The notes beneath the pieces are model-generated. The model was not told where the DNA came from and searched no databases. It saw only the letters and a program-made list of their open reading frames with translations. Position numbers and translations under genes: made by a program. Shown here piece after piece: positions 1 to 14,300 of a stretch of DNA of 64,000 bases. Origin of the DNA: Cetorhinus maximus (lineage: Eukaryota). How positions within the stretch are numbered: the stretch's first letter is position 1; every line of letters starts with the position of its first letter. The stretch spans positions 115,692,001 to 115,756,000 of the forward strand of contig NC_135884.1 in the NCBI RefSeq assembly GCF_964194155.1, given 5' to 3'.

Positions 1-1630
1 CAAGCAAACATCACCCTCGTTGCCCTAATAGGATCCACTCCACTTCTTACTACCCTTGCTTTTTACATCCTTGTAGAGGATTTTTGGGTTCTTCTACTTA
101 TAAAGCCTAGGATCCCAAATGCTTTTTTAAAACCACGCTCTCAATCTGCCCTGCCACCTTCAATGATTTATGCATATATACCCCCAGATCCCTCTGTTCC
201 TACACCCATTAGATTTACACCATTTTATATTGCATCTTCAATTCTTCCTACCAAAATCTTCCTATTTCACCCTACTCTGCATTAAATTCCATCTGCCACT
301 TGTCCAATCATTCCACCAAACTGTCTGCCCTTTTGAAATTTAACACTATCCTCCTCAGTTCACAATGCTTCCAAGTTTCATATCTGAAATTGTGCCCTGT
401 ACACCAAATTCTAGGTCACAAATATATATTAAGAGCAGGGGCTCTAACACTAACCCCTAGGGAACCTACTATAAACCTTCCTCCAATCCAAAAACTAACT
501 GTTCGCCACGGCTGTTTCTATCACTCAGCAAACTTTGTGTCATGTTGCGACACTCCCTTTTATTCCACAAGCTCCAACTTTCCTTGAGACTGTTGTGGCA
601 CTTTATCAAATGTCTTTTGGAAGTCCATGTACATCACATCAACAAGATCCTCTTCTACCCATTACATTCACTCAAACCTCAAGCTAGTTAAACACTTTGT
701 CCTCCAATCTGTGCTAGATTTCCTTAATTAACCCACATTTTCCCAAGTGACTATTAATTTTGCCCCACACTATCATTTCTAAAAGCTTCCCCACCACCCA
801 AGTTTAAACTGACTGGCCTGTAGTTGCTGGGCTTACCTTTACACTTTTTTTGATTAAGGGAGTAACATTTGCAATTCTCCAGTCCTCTGCCACTACCTGT
901 GTCCAAGGAGGATTGGAAAATTACAATTGTTCCTGTACAATTTCCACCCCGACTTCCCTCAGGATCCTTGGATGCATCTATAGTGTTCCTGGTGACTTAA
1001 CTTTAAACTAGCCTATTTAATAATTCCTTATGAATTTTAAAACCATCCAGTGACATGACTTGGGCAACATCTTCTGCATTGGTATAAAAACAGTACTCAT
1101 TTAGTACCTCAGCTATGCACCCCACTTCCAGGCATAAATCCCCTTTTAAGTCCACTACCTTGTTTAACTACCCTTTTATTACCTATATGCCTATAGTAGA
1201 TTTTAGAATTCCTTTGTATATTAGCTGTCTTGTACTATTTGCTTATGATTGGTTTCTTTTTCAATTCCCCTCTGAGCCTTGGCCCTGATTTTGAAAAGTA
1301 TTATCCAGCTGACATGTCTCATGCACCCTTTTCTACTTGATCTTAGCCCATCACCCAGGGAGTCTGGATTTGTTTGCCCTGCCTTCCTCTCCTTGTGAGA
1401 ATGTACCTGGACTGTACCCAAACTAAACCCTCTTTAAAAAGGCAGCCAAGAGTTTTGCCTGCCAATCTTTTATGCTAATTCATCTGGGTGAAATCCATTC
1501 TCAGCCCATTAAGGTTTGCCCTCTTCCCAACTCTGGGTTGCACCTTGTTCTTTTCCTTGGCAATATTAACCTTATGATACAATGATCACTAGCTCCGAAA
1601 TATTGACATTTCATCACTTGGCCCACCTCA
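1..1630 (-). mobile_element. Degraded CR1-type LINE (RT region remnants)
   Basis: Reverse-complement similarity to the CR1 RT segments seen at 55.0-56.0 kb (e.g. GACTGGCCTGTAGTT, TTTTGGAAGTCCATGTAC). Confidence 0.7.
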
Positions 1631-2206
1631 TTCCCAAGAACCAGGACCAGCAATCTTAATCGAACTCTTTGACCAAGACGAAGTCATCTGGCCTCATTGT
1701 TCAGGTGTCAACAACAGAAGGAGAAGATTCCAGGGGCTAATGAAAAAGACAAAGTTCACTTTGCTCTGGTTTAGTGAAGAGCTCCAAGAGAGCCAGTTTG
1801 AGGTATCCCATAGCCAAGATGTATCAATGGGGCTGAAGAGCTTGGCAAGTTGTTTGCCCCAACATCAAAACCAGCCTCACTGCCTTAAAAGCATTGTTTC
1901 AACAGCGACCAGCACAGCAGATATACCTGGACTGGTTAGCTTTGGTAAAACCAGAGAATTTGAATTCCACTTATGTGGAATTGTGACTCAGTATCCTACT
2001 TGTTTGATTTCTTACCCTGTCTAAATTGGTGAAGCCTTGAAGAAACTGTCCAAGGATCCAGACCAAAGGGCTATGCAAAGTGCCAAACAATTATTTTTGC
2101 AGCCTTAGTCTCACTCTCAAGAATTCGGGTTTAACCTGCATAGGTTGACACCCAAATACAAATACTTTTAAGCAACTACACAATACATTCCTGAATTCCA
2201 TAACAG

Positions 2207-2279
2207 ATTAAAACTTTAATGTAGATATATACACACACATGAATCCTAAAATCCAAGCTGCTACTAAAATTAAAAAAAA
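2207..2279 (-). promoter_or_regulatory. cdca9 3'UTR: CPE, Pumilio element and ATTAAA poly(A) hexamer
   Basis: On minus: TTTTTTTTAAT (2279-2269), TGTATATA (2233-2226), ATTAAA (2220-2215), TTTTAAT (2213-2207). Confidence 0.55.
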
Positions 2280-2295
2280 TCTCAGCAGGAATTGT

Positions 2296-2358
2296 TCACA
2301 GGCTGTTGGCATGTTTTGCACTATTTTTGGCCTTTTCACACAAGGCGGTTAGTCGGGT
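2296..2358 (-). CDS. cdca9: cdca9 last coding exon (TRLTALCEKAKNSAKHANSL*)
   Basis: Acceptor TTTTCTCCCAACAG|, TGA at 2298-2296. Confidence 0.82.
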   Translation of the reverse strand, partial: TRLTALCEKAKNSAKHANSL

Positions 2359-5300
2359 CTGTTGGGAGAAAAACAGTTCATTAAAGCTCAAAACAAGTCA
2401 TTTTTACATAGAACAAAATCCCTCGACACCTTCCTGGTATTTAACTTGAGATGCAATTGAGAACTATGCCTATATCTGACTGCAAGCATGGTACCAGATT
2501 AGAAGTCAGGGGACTTTGAGTTAAACTTTTGGATTATATTCGCAATCTTTAACTGCAAGCACCGATTTTCTATGAACATTGTAAAAGCAACTGGATGAGT
2601 TCTTGGGTGCAGCCATTTTGGTTATAAACAACAGGCAGCTTTGAATGTTGTAAAATACCTTGTTTGTCTACTATGATCATGTAGACATTAAAAAAATATT
2701 CTAGAGCCTTTAAATAGATATGGATCTTCCTAACATACTCAGAACAGCACATAGGTAAGAAAGAAACTTACCACTAGCAATTGGATACCCTGAAGAGCAT
2801 GTGGATCAAGTGACTGCACATCTATATTGTTTACTTCCTCACCAACTGCACTGATTGCCTAAGTAGCAAACATCAAGACATCACAACCGATAGCAAATGC
2901 AAAACGTAATAAATACAACTTTAGCAACTGCTTTGGAAAAGTAGTGAAGTAAGAATTTACAGAACATGTCCTAAAGGTTACAGAACCGGTCACCAGCTAC
3001 ATCCCTATGAGAGGACTATGCATAACCACGAAAAAGGGGAAAAGTGGGCAAATGGCCAAGACTTGTAAATGTACCTACTTGTGGGGGCATGAAAAGAAAC
3101 ACAAAAATCAGGAGGAGATGTTAATAGCGATGTCCCATAGAACAGCAAGAGCATTTTGCTCAGGGTCTTTCAGGTACTCTCACATTCCCAGTTCAAAAGA
3201 CCAGCTAAGCACCCAAATGAAAAGCAAACTGGGGTGGGGGGGGGGGGGGCAGGGGAGTTTTGATATGTAAGAGATAGCATGCATTTGCTTAGATAAAACT
3301 GAAGCTTTTCTAGCAGCTACCAAGCAATATGTTTATATTACTAATAAAGTTGGTACTAATGAAAGGGGTTTTATTGTTAGAGAGGTTTAGTTCAGAAGTT
3401 GTTGATGCAATGAGAATTAACATTCAATGGGAGTGATAGGTATAATTTCAGCAGTTTTTGGGTGTGCAGGGCAGAGGCAATGAGAGATCAAAAAGCAGCT
3501 GTAAGCCTCCAACTGGCTCCACAGCAACCAAAGTGAAAGAACTGGATTTTGAATTTGTAAGGTGAAAATACTTTGCCTGGTGTTTGGTTAAGTCTATGGG
3601 TTGCTGTTGCCTTAAATGGAGGAGATTAGTTTGGGAATTTGTTAAAGGTTATGATAGTAGTCATTTGAAGCCATGTGTACATATATTTTAACTTGTGTAA
3701 ATTAATAAAAATGTTTCACTTAGTTTAATGTAAAACCAAGAGCTGGTGGCCTGATTCCTGAATTTAGAGTCAAACATAACACTTAAAATTATAGTGTATG
3801 ACAGTTGTTTAAAGTTTCCCCTCTGGGATTTATAAATAATTCCGCTCCACCAACTGCATCGGTCATAACAGTAACCTCATGGCCCAGCATATCACCCACT
3901 CCAGCATTATCACCAAGCCAGCAGATCAATCCTGATTCAAAGGAGAATGCAGGGGGGCATGCCAGGAGCAGCACCAGGCATACCTAAAAATGTGTCAGCC
4001 TAGTGCTACACATGCCTACTTGCATGCCAAACAGCACAAGCAGCAAGTGATAGAGCTAAGCAATTCCACAACCAATAGATCAGATCTAAGCTCTGCAGTC
4101 CTACCACACCCAGTCATGAATGGTGGTGGACAATTAAGTAACTCACTGTAGGGGAAGGTTCCACAAATATCCCCATCCTCAATGATGGGGGAGCCCAGAA
4201 CATCAGTGCAAAAGATAAGGTTGAAGCATTTTCAACGATATCTTCAGCCAGAGATGTTGAATGAATGATAAATGACGAATCTCAGTCTTCCCAACATTAC
4301 AGAAGGCAGTCTTCAGCCAATTCAATTTACTCCATATGATCAAGAAACAGCTGAAGGCACTGGATACTGCAAAGGCTATGGGCCCTGACATTATTACAGC
4401 AATAGTACAGAAGACTTGTACTCCAGAACATGCAGCACACCTAGCCAAGTTGTTCCAGTACAGCAACAACACTGGCATCTACCCAGCAATGTGGAAAACT
4501 GCCCAGATATGTCATGTACACAAAAAGCAAGACAAACCCAATCTGGCCAATTATCACTCCATCAGTAGAGATGGATGGGTCATCAACTGTACTATCAAGC
4601 AGCACTTGATTAGCAATAACCTGCTCACTAACAGAGTTTGGGTTCTGCCAGGGTCACTCAGCTCCTGACCTCATTACAGCCTCGGTTCAAACACAGACAA
4701 AAGAGCTGAACTCGAGGAGAGGTGAGTCTGACTGCCCTGGACATCAAGGCAGTGTTTGACTGGAGTGTGGCATCAAGGAGCCCCATCAAAACTGGAGTCA
4801 ATGGGAATCAGGGAAATGATGGGCTGCAGTGGTTCAAGACAGCAGCTCACCACCACCACTTTCAAGGGCTATTAGGGATGGGCAATAGCCTAGCCAGCAA
4901 CACCCACATTTCATGAATGAATAGAAAAAATACAAGGAGTATCTCCATGTATATTCACTCAAGTTCATGTAGAATGTCATAAATGGTGGCTATGGGAGGT
5001 TTAACTAAAGGGGTTTACAGCCTTTTGGACAAATTGTCCATTGTCTAGGTGCCAGGCCAAGGGGATGAACATCACACATTGTAGTTCATGTTATAACCTA
5101 TAATCACTGGAAAAGTAGAATGGAGTTTAGCAATGGGTGATTAGAAGGAAGAGGGATAATTGCTTTTAGGTTAATAAGAGTCTTATGAGTCACTTTGTAA
5201 TTACTCCTAGTGGACCAGGTGAGCGAAGCAGGTTAAACAGATGTGCAGTACAGAAGAGGGGCCAGGTGCGGGTCTTCAGAATTCAAACACCTGAGAATGT

Positions 5301-8300
5301 CTGATACTAGAAGGAGCTCAAATAGGAGAGGTTTAGCAAAATATTAAGGTAAAGCAGTGAGGAATGGACTTTGTCTATAGATTCAAAGATGTCAAGAATA
5401 GATTCAGCTTAATGAGAATTAAAGCAAGAAGTATTTTAAGACAAGAAAAAAAAATGTTGAAATGGTTTTGGAGTACCTTGACCAAATAATGGCAAGGCAG
5501 GAGATTAGATTTGTAGGCGAGAGAGAATGTGAAGATGAGCATTTGTGGTTTAAAAAAAATGGGGAATGTCCAGACTAAGACTAAAAAAGGTAACAAACAT
5601 GTGATTAGTGTTTGAGCCAGGAATGGAATTGGTTGTTGCCATGGAAACAGGCACTCTGATGGTGTGGATATATAGTTGAAAGCTCATCTGGGGTCAAATA
5701 TGACAAAGTCAGTTACACTTAGCTTCAGACAGTTAATGGCAAGGGAACAGCTTGTTGTAGCAGTGAAAAACAGCTTCAACCTACCCAGTGTTTAATTGGA
5801 GGAAACTTTCACTCATCCACGGCTAGAATTAGGTCAAGCCATCCGATCATTCTGAGACAGTGCAGGGGAGCTGAAAGAGGGAGGAGCTCAGGTAGAGCTG
5901 TCCCCAGCAAACATGCAGAAACTAAAACTGCATTTTCTGCTTCAGTTCTGATGAAGACGGACTCGAAACGTTAACTCTGTCTTCCTCTTCACAGATGCTG
6001 TCAGGTGTGCTGAGTTTTTCCAGCAATTTGTGTTTTTGTTTCTGCATTTTCAAATGTTGCTGCCAAGGGGGCAGCTTGTAAACAAAATAGTAAATGCAAA
6101 AGGAGCTACGTGGTCAGACCACATTTAGAATACTGTGAGCAATTTTGGGCCCCCGTATCTCAGGAAGGATGTGCTGGCCCTGGAGAGGGTCCAGAGGAGG
6201 TTCACGAGAATGATCCCAGGAATGAAAGGCCTAACATATGAGGAACGTTTGAGGACTCTGGGTCTATACTCGATGGAGTTTAGAAGGATAATCGAAACTT
6301 ACAGAATACTGAAAGGCCTGGATAGAGTGGACGTGGGGAAGATGTTTCCATTAGTAGGAGAAACTAGGACCCGAGGGCACAGCCTCAGAGTAAAGGGAAG
6401 ACCTTTTAGAACAGAGATGAGGAGAAACTTCTTTAACCAGAGAGTGGTGAATATATGGAATTCATTGCCACAGAAGGCTGTGGAAGCCAGATCATTGAAT
6501 GTATTTAAGACTGAGATAGATAGGTTCTTGATTGGTAAGGGGATCAAAGGCTACGGGGAGAAGGCGGGAGAATGATGTTGAGAAACGTATCAGCCATGAT
6601 TGAATGGCGGAGCAGACTCGATGGGCTGAACAGCCTAATTTCTGCTTCTACGTCTTATATCCTAAACAGCAAGATTCTGCAAAGATTAGGGCAAAAATAG
6701 ATTTTCATAAAGAGTCATGAACTGTAAACAGCATGTCAATACACAGGGGCATAGGTAATATTGTAACTCTGAAAGACATTAGGGCAAAACATAGCATCAT
6801 GTGTGGTCTGAGCACCCCATTATGGAAATGATTAGAGCCATTTGTAGCAAGATGATAGCAGGAATTGAAATGCTATTTAAAGAAAGTCTGCCTGGTTTGA
6901 ATTTAGGTATGAAAGTGGGATGGGTGGGTGGGGGGCAGAGATAAAATACATCATATCTTAATCTCCTGAAATATCGAGGGCCATCATGAAGATTTGTACA
7001 TCTGCTTACAAGTTAATGTTTAAAACAACTTCTGTCCTGCATTTGAACCTTCATCCAAGGCTGTTTACTTACCTGCCCATCAGCCAAAGGTATCTTAATA
7101 AAAGGCAGTGCCTTATCCACAGATGCTGAAGGATACGAAAATTTCTGTACTTTTCGTCCAGATCTAAGAACAAGCAGTTAGTTTACAATCAATGGAGGTA
7201 TAAAACTTAAAGTATTTGTTATTTTGCCCAACTAAATCTTTAAATCCAAACATTGCCTTGGATACTCTTCACATTATGGGCACAGATATGGATTTATAGT
7301 CTCCCCAATCTCAAAGCGATTGAAAGTTATGTACCCAAAGAACCCAAAATGACCAGAAAGAAATAAAATTAGTGCGGGGGCGGGGGCGGGGGATGAAATT
7401 GAAATTCATATTTGCGCTCTCTGCCTCTAAACAAGAAAGGAGAAGGAAAGAAAGCAGTAAGTAGCTGGATTATAAAGCCAGGAAGTTTCCATGCTTGGTC
7501 ATTTCCTGTGCATTCCACCACCCCATCCACCCAAAGATTATATAAATTCATTACTCAAGAATCCAATGAGGAAGTCAATGCTGTCTTGGGCAGGGGGGAA
7601 AAAAACAAACAAAATGAGAAGCTCCTCAGCCTATACTTTCTTCTCCATTCCCAAATCTTGTGTCCAACCGCCATTTTGGCCTAATGTCATTTCAGATGAT
7701 GTCATTATGGGGCAGTATGTAGAAGTAGGTATACCCTACATGTCAGGATTCTTACTAGGAGTACAGATATAGATTTTTCCAAAGAGCCTGAGCAAAGTGT
7801 ATTAAATACACAAGGGCGTCATCCCTTTGCAATATTAAAACAATGTTAATTTACAAGAGACAGATTTGTGCTAAATTATTTACAGTTCTGGCCCAAGCCA
7901 GAAAATGGCTTAGCAAACTATATTAATGAAAAGATGCTGTTAACTGCTACATCTTTCAAAAGAAAAAAGACATTTACTTTTTGTCACTAACAGATGACTT
8001 CTTTGATGCAGCTCCTTGAACTGAAGCCGCCTTGGTGCGCAATATTGGACCACTGCATAAATTTAAGGAAAAAACAACATTGAACAGAAGGAAGAAAAAT
8101 ACTAACATTTTTAGCACATGTTAAAAGTATGCCACTTTCTAGTTTAAAAATATTACCTTGTAAAAAGGGCTTCTTTGTCATAGTTGGGGAATGAACCTGG
8201 TTTGGGCTTAGTTTGAGGTATCTGAAATAAAGTTTATGAACATGGATGCCAATTACAATCCAGCTGCATGACAAGCTGTATATTGTTGTGTGCATACACA

Positions 8301-11300
8301 AGTTTATTTTCAAAATGTTTGCTTTTCATGTATTGCTATATAGTTCATTTGTCTACCAAGCCAACCCAATCTAAAAAAATATTTCTCATAACTTACTTTT
8401 GGAACCGTGCAACATTTTGCTGTAGTCAGCTTAGCTTTGCATTTTGATTCTACGAGTTCCACTTTAGAATTGGAAGACACTGGAGCTTTGCCTGCAATAG
8501 AAATATTATGTCATCCACTTTAATATATCCAGAATTAAGCATAACTGCATTATTTCACTTACCTTTCTTCTTCCTGGTCTTAACAGCAATGGCCATTACC
8601 CTTTCCTCTGGATAATCAGCCTGTGAATGTGAATAAATGGTTTCCATCAGCCGTACACAATAAAGCCTAGAGTTGTTAGTTTGGTTGAGAAGCAAATGTG
8701 CTTTAAAAAATCCACTCACCTTGCTCAGTTATGTATTTCCAATCTTGTTCCTGGCCACCAATCCAAGACCACCACCAAAGACACCGATAACTACAACTGA
8801 TTCACTGCTGACCCTCTCTACCAGGAGATTAAAAGCTGAATTTGCACTCCGCTTCATTGTATGGTTTTATACCTATCTGTCCAAGTCTCAAGTAATTGCA
8901 TCTGCTTCTCCTTATGTCTTCAGCTGCTGCTGAAACTCTTGATTTGATAATTCCAATGCGCTCCAGGCTGGTCTCTTACATGTTACCCCCCGCAAACTTG
9001 AGGTCATCCAAAACTCTGCTGTCCATGTCTCAACTCTTAGCAAGTGCTGTTCTTCTATCAACCATGACAAAGATTGGCTGAGTAGTGGATAGTGTAGAGG
9101 ATAACCATAATCTCCAAAATGATATAGATGGGTTGGTGGAGTGGGCAGTAAAGTGGCAGATCGATTTTAACAGAAGTGCGAGGTCAAACAGTTACAGGGA
9201 TTACAAAATAAATGTGAATATACTAAGAGGGGTAGATGAAGTGAGAGATCTTGGCGTACAGATACACAGGTCCCTGAAGGCAGCAGTTCAAGTAGACAAG
9301 GTTGTAAAGAAGTCATATGGAATGCTGTCCTTCATTGGTAGAGGTATAGAATATAAAAGTAAGGATATAATGTCGGAATTGTATAAAACACTGGTGAGGC
9401 CACAACTGGAGTATTGTGTGCAGTTCTGGTCACCACATTACAGGAAGGACGTAATAGCTCTGGAGAGAGTGCAGAGGAGGTTTGCAAGAATGTTGCCAGG
9501 GTTAGAAAAGTGTAGTTATGAGGAGAGATCGGATAGGTTGGGGTTATTTTCCTTAGAACAAAGAAGGCTAAGAGGTGACTTGATTGAGGTGTACAAAATT
9601 ATGAGGGGAATAGATAGAGTGGACAAGATAAAATTGTTTCCCTTGGTGGAGAATTCTAGAACCAGGGGACATAGATTCAAGGTAAGTGGCAGAAGGTATA
9701 GGCGGGGGGACATGAGGAAGAACTTTTTTTATGCAGAGGGCAGTGAGTGTCTGGAATTCGCTGCCTAAGTTGGCGGTAGAGGCAGAAACTCTAAACTCTT
9801 TTAAAAAAGTACCTGGATCTGCACCTAAAGTGCTGTAAGCTGCAGGGCTATGGGCCGGGTGCAGGAAGGTGGGGTTAGAAAGGGCACCTGGGTGTCCTCG
9901 GGCTGGCATGGACAAGATGGCCTGAATGGTCTCCTCCTGTGCTGTAACTTTTCTATGGTTCTATGCTTAATGATCTACTCTGGCTCATGATGAAGCAATG
10001 TCTTAACTTTGAAAATTGCCATCCTTCATTTTCAATCCCTCCATGGACTTCCCCTCCCTATCTTCTAATATTCTCCAACCACACCACCTTCAGATATCTG
10101 CACTCTAATTCTGGCCTCTGGTGCATTTCCAGTTATATTTGCTCCACCATTAGTGGCCATGCCTTCAGTTGCCTCAGCCCCAAGCCCTGGAATTCCTTCC
10201 TTACAGCTCTCCACCTTGCCATCTCATTTTCCTCCTTTGAGACACTTAAAATCTACCTCTTTAACCAAGCTTTTGGTCATCTGATCTAATATCTCATGTG
10301 GCTCAATGTCATACTTTGTCTAATGTGCCTGTGAAGAATTTTGGGATGTTTTATTAAATCAAAATTTCTAGATAAGTACAAGTTGCTGCCTGCATGATTC
10401 TGTCCAATACTTACCCAAATCCTACCCCACCCAGAGTCATATTGTATGGGAGATCAGCCATCTTATAAATGTACACAAGCACAACCACTACTGAACTGTA
10501 AACACAACTAGACATTAACTTTCTACAGCTCAACATGTGTTGCAACTAAAGGCAAACATTGTTCATTGCCAGTACCAATATGCCTCTGGCATTAACTCCC
10601 ATCAGCCTGCCTGTTCACTCAGTATTCTAATATATCCAAGTTGAATTTCCACAATTGTCCACCTTTATCCTAGTGGTCTCAGTTTTCTTGGTGTTAGCCC
10701 AAGAATCCTTCCACTAATGTTTCTCCACCCACCAAGCCCCCTTACATGCTACATAATCTTGCGCCAATCCAAAACTCTGCAGCCCCATATCCAAAATAAA
10801 TTAAAGTGGAATTAAATTGAGGGAGAGGCATGGATTAGTGTTTGGACTTGAGATCTCCCAATGATAACTGCTAGCAGAGAGAGATGGTTCCCACCCCCTT
10901 GTCTAAACCGCCATATTCTTGAGCGTCAGAAGACTTCTCTACTTTGCCAGATTTTCCAAGCCTCCCTTACCCTCTAGGCACATTTTTAGTTTCTTGAATT
11001 AATGGCACATTATCATTTTACAATGTCACTTTTGTTATGTAATCATCTTCTTCCCTTCACCTCAACTTCCTTTCCTCCCCAATCCAGCTGCTTAAAAGCT
11101 GTTTCTGTAACTAACAAGCTGAAATAGTAACCCCATGTTTCCATTCCCCAACCTCCATGAACATTGCTCCAGGGTGAGTATTTACCCTGGTTCTTAGCAC
11201 TTACCTCTTGAGAAAAATTTATAAAGTGAACAAATATTTACAGGCACTCAGGGCAAAGTATTCAGAGCTAAACAGCAGGAAATTTGTTTAATTACACGGA

Positions 11301-14300
11301 TTAAAGCATCATTTTAAAAATGTCTAACTCAGAGAACTTAAATGAAATGAGAAATGAAAGATGTTCCAGAGAGCTAAATTACAGAAGCGTTAGCAACCCA
11401 GTTCTGTAGAGCAAATTCAGAAATAAACTACTCACCATCACAGCAGCAGTTGCAATTTGATCTGTTCCTCCTGTAACAACATAAGGCATATAGTTGAGAT
11501 TGTGAAGCAAAATGCAGGTGTTACAGATCATGATACAAAGACCTGGAAATGCAATCACCTGGGTCACAATTTTACTGTGACTGCACCAAGTTCAGTTATA
11601 TGACATTCCAGAATTAAGGGATTTTTTAAAATTAGCATTTGGGGATTACACCCTATATCCCAACCCATTTGTAATTAGGCCAATACTGAATAATTCATTG
11701 ACTGGCTAAATAATTCATTTGTTTTATACATGGTATTAAGAGACTTCACCCATCTGTTGAATCATATTCTGCAATTCCATACATTTTTCCTGACAAAAAG
11801 CAAAATCACTCAAGTAGTCTATTGTTTTACTTTGCCAATTGTCTCCCCCTTCCCTCCTCCCTTGAGATTCACTCCTTGCTGAGGTACAGCTCCAAAGGTA
11901 CTGATAGTCATTTTCTTTTAAATACTATGTCCTCCTTACATTAACTCCCAAATTTTTAAGAAAAGCTCCAAGCTTTGTTCATATGTCCCTTAGCGATTCA
12001 CAGGTTCTCTCCACAGCTAAATCCTAAGTGCCATACCTATATTCTGTACTTCAGTCAAGCAGCCATATATGGACTTATATGATTGTGGGCAGGTTATTAG
12101 ACAAGGTGGGTTTGGTGGGGGTGGGGGTTCAGTGAAAGGAAGGGAAACATCACCCAAAGGCTTGGTCACAGCAGGAGTGGCTAAATGTATCCCTCGATCC
12201 AAGGATATTAACGCCAACTGTAGCAACGCTCCTTGTTGAAAGTTATTAATCCAGCAATAGACTAATTTTGAAACTCGATTCCATAGAGCTCTTGTGGTTT
12301 AATCACAAATTACAGGCTGGAGGCAGGGTTTGGCTGGGGGTAGGGGGTGCAGTTGCAAAGTCCAACCCAAGCCCTTGTTTAAAAAAAACATTTTTTGGGA
12401 TTTAATGCAATTAATAGCATGAATGAGGTGGTACCTTTTGGCAGGAATAAGGAAGCCACATAATCCTTGGAATGTCTAAATAGGGTAAAGATGTAGAGGG
12501 ATCTGGGAGTACAAGTACACAAATCACACAGGTTAATGAGGTTCACTTCTCTGCTTTTCAATTCTATCCCTCCAGAAGTTAACTTGTAGAGAACCCAAGC
12601 TAAGACCATTCATGTAATATTGTGAACAGCTCTGTTCTCCATAATCAAAATGGGTACAGGCACATAGAGAGGAGGAGAAGTTTTTGTCAGAGGGTCATCA
12701 GGATATGGAATTCTCTATCCCAGAAAGCAGTGAAGGCAGAGTTAAACAGAGTTTTGATAAACAAGGGAGTCAAGGAATATGGGCCACTGGGGAGGTGGTA
12801 AACACTGGCAGAAAGCAGAGTTGAGACCACAATCAGAGCAGCCATGACATAATGAATGTCAGAGCAGGCACAAAGGGACAAGTGGCCGACTCCTGCTCCT
12901 AAGTTCTATGTTCCTGTGGAGAAGGGGTCAAAAGAGATTTACCAGAATATCAAAACAGATTAAATTTATCAGGAACAATAACCAAGCTTGAAAAGAACTA
13001 AGACTGAGGGGTAACCTGATAGGTCTTTTAAGATTATGAAAGCACTTGACAAAGTGGAAGTGTTTGTCTACTCAGGGGGACCAGAACAATAAGAGGTCAC
13101 TAATAAATTTAATAGGGGATTTAGGGGAGATGTCTTTATCCAGAGAATTGTCAGAATGTAGAATGTGAAACCTGCTACCATAAGTTGTTGAGACCAGCAC
13201 AGATGCACTAAGAAGGCACTAGATAAACAGATGGGAGAAAGGAATAGAAGGATATGGCAATAGGGTTAGATGAAGGAGTGGGAGACAATTTAGGTGCAGC
13301 ATAAACAAGTTTGGTCAAATGCTCTGTTTCTGTACGTTATATTTATAAATTGTATGTTAGGTTTTATTACAAAGTGATTGGAGCATAAAGAGTAAGGAAG
13401 TCAGTGCAATCACATGGGGTTTAAGTCAGACAGGGTACAGTTTTGGTCTTCTGACCAAAGAAAGGATACTATGAAGGCTCACTGTGGTGATTCCTAGTTT
13501 GAGAGATTGTCCTACGAGGACAGGGCAAGTAGGCTAGAATTATAATCCCCAGATTGCGGAGCGATCTCATTGAAACAAAGTTTTTAAACAGCTGGCGGGA
13601 GTAGATATTTACCTTGGCTGTGGAGGCTAGGATCTACTTTAAAATCTACTCAACCTTAAATATAAACCATTTGGACTGAAGAGGAGAAATTGTTCACTCA
13701 AAGCATTATAAATCTTTGAAATTCAAAGCGGTGGATGCTCATTCAGTATATTTGGACCGATTGGCATACTTTCGGACACAGAGGGAATTATGGGACAGTA
13801 CAGGAAATTGTAGTGAGGTAGGAGATCAGCTATGAGCAACAGTAGGTTTTAGGGGTCTTATGGCCTGCTGATTTTCTTAATACTATGCAAATACAAAATA
13901 GACAAAAATTACCAAGGAAATCCTTTAGCTTTATTCGTTTGATTGCTGCTGGCATCTTTAACAAGTAAACAGTCAAGACACTACCAACCATATCCATTAG
14001 TTTTCCAAAAGATTGTTCCATTTCCCTTATTTTCTCATTTGCTGCAAAGGAGGAACAAACATTTAGCCCTGTCCAGAAGTTGTTTGTGCACAATTATGAA
14101 AGCAATGTACTTAGAATAAATAGACAAAAAAATCCCACATTGTTAACTCTAATGTTCTTCTATTTAGTGGATCCATTAATCTATGGAAGCTTTAAGATAA
14201 CAGCTACCAGAGGGGCAAGGAGTGATTGAGACAAAAGTGGGGCAAAGTTCTTCCTTCCAGTTGCCCTTGTGAGCACTGCCAGAAAGTGGGAAGGTTCAGT

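Noticed and set aside
8563-8666. Longer version of cdca9 exon 4 using an upstream acceptor
   Set aside because: Requires phase 2, whereas exon 3 ends in phase 0; the phase-0 reading hits TGA.
11205-11268. Exon-like segment in a cdca9 intron (AG|...|GTAAGT on minus)
   Set aside because: Stops in all three frames and not needed for phase continuity; a poison exon cannot be excluded.
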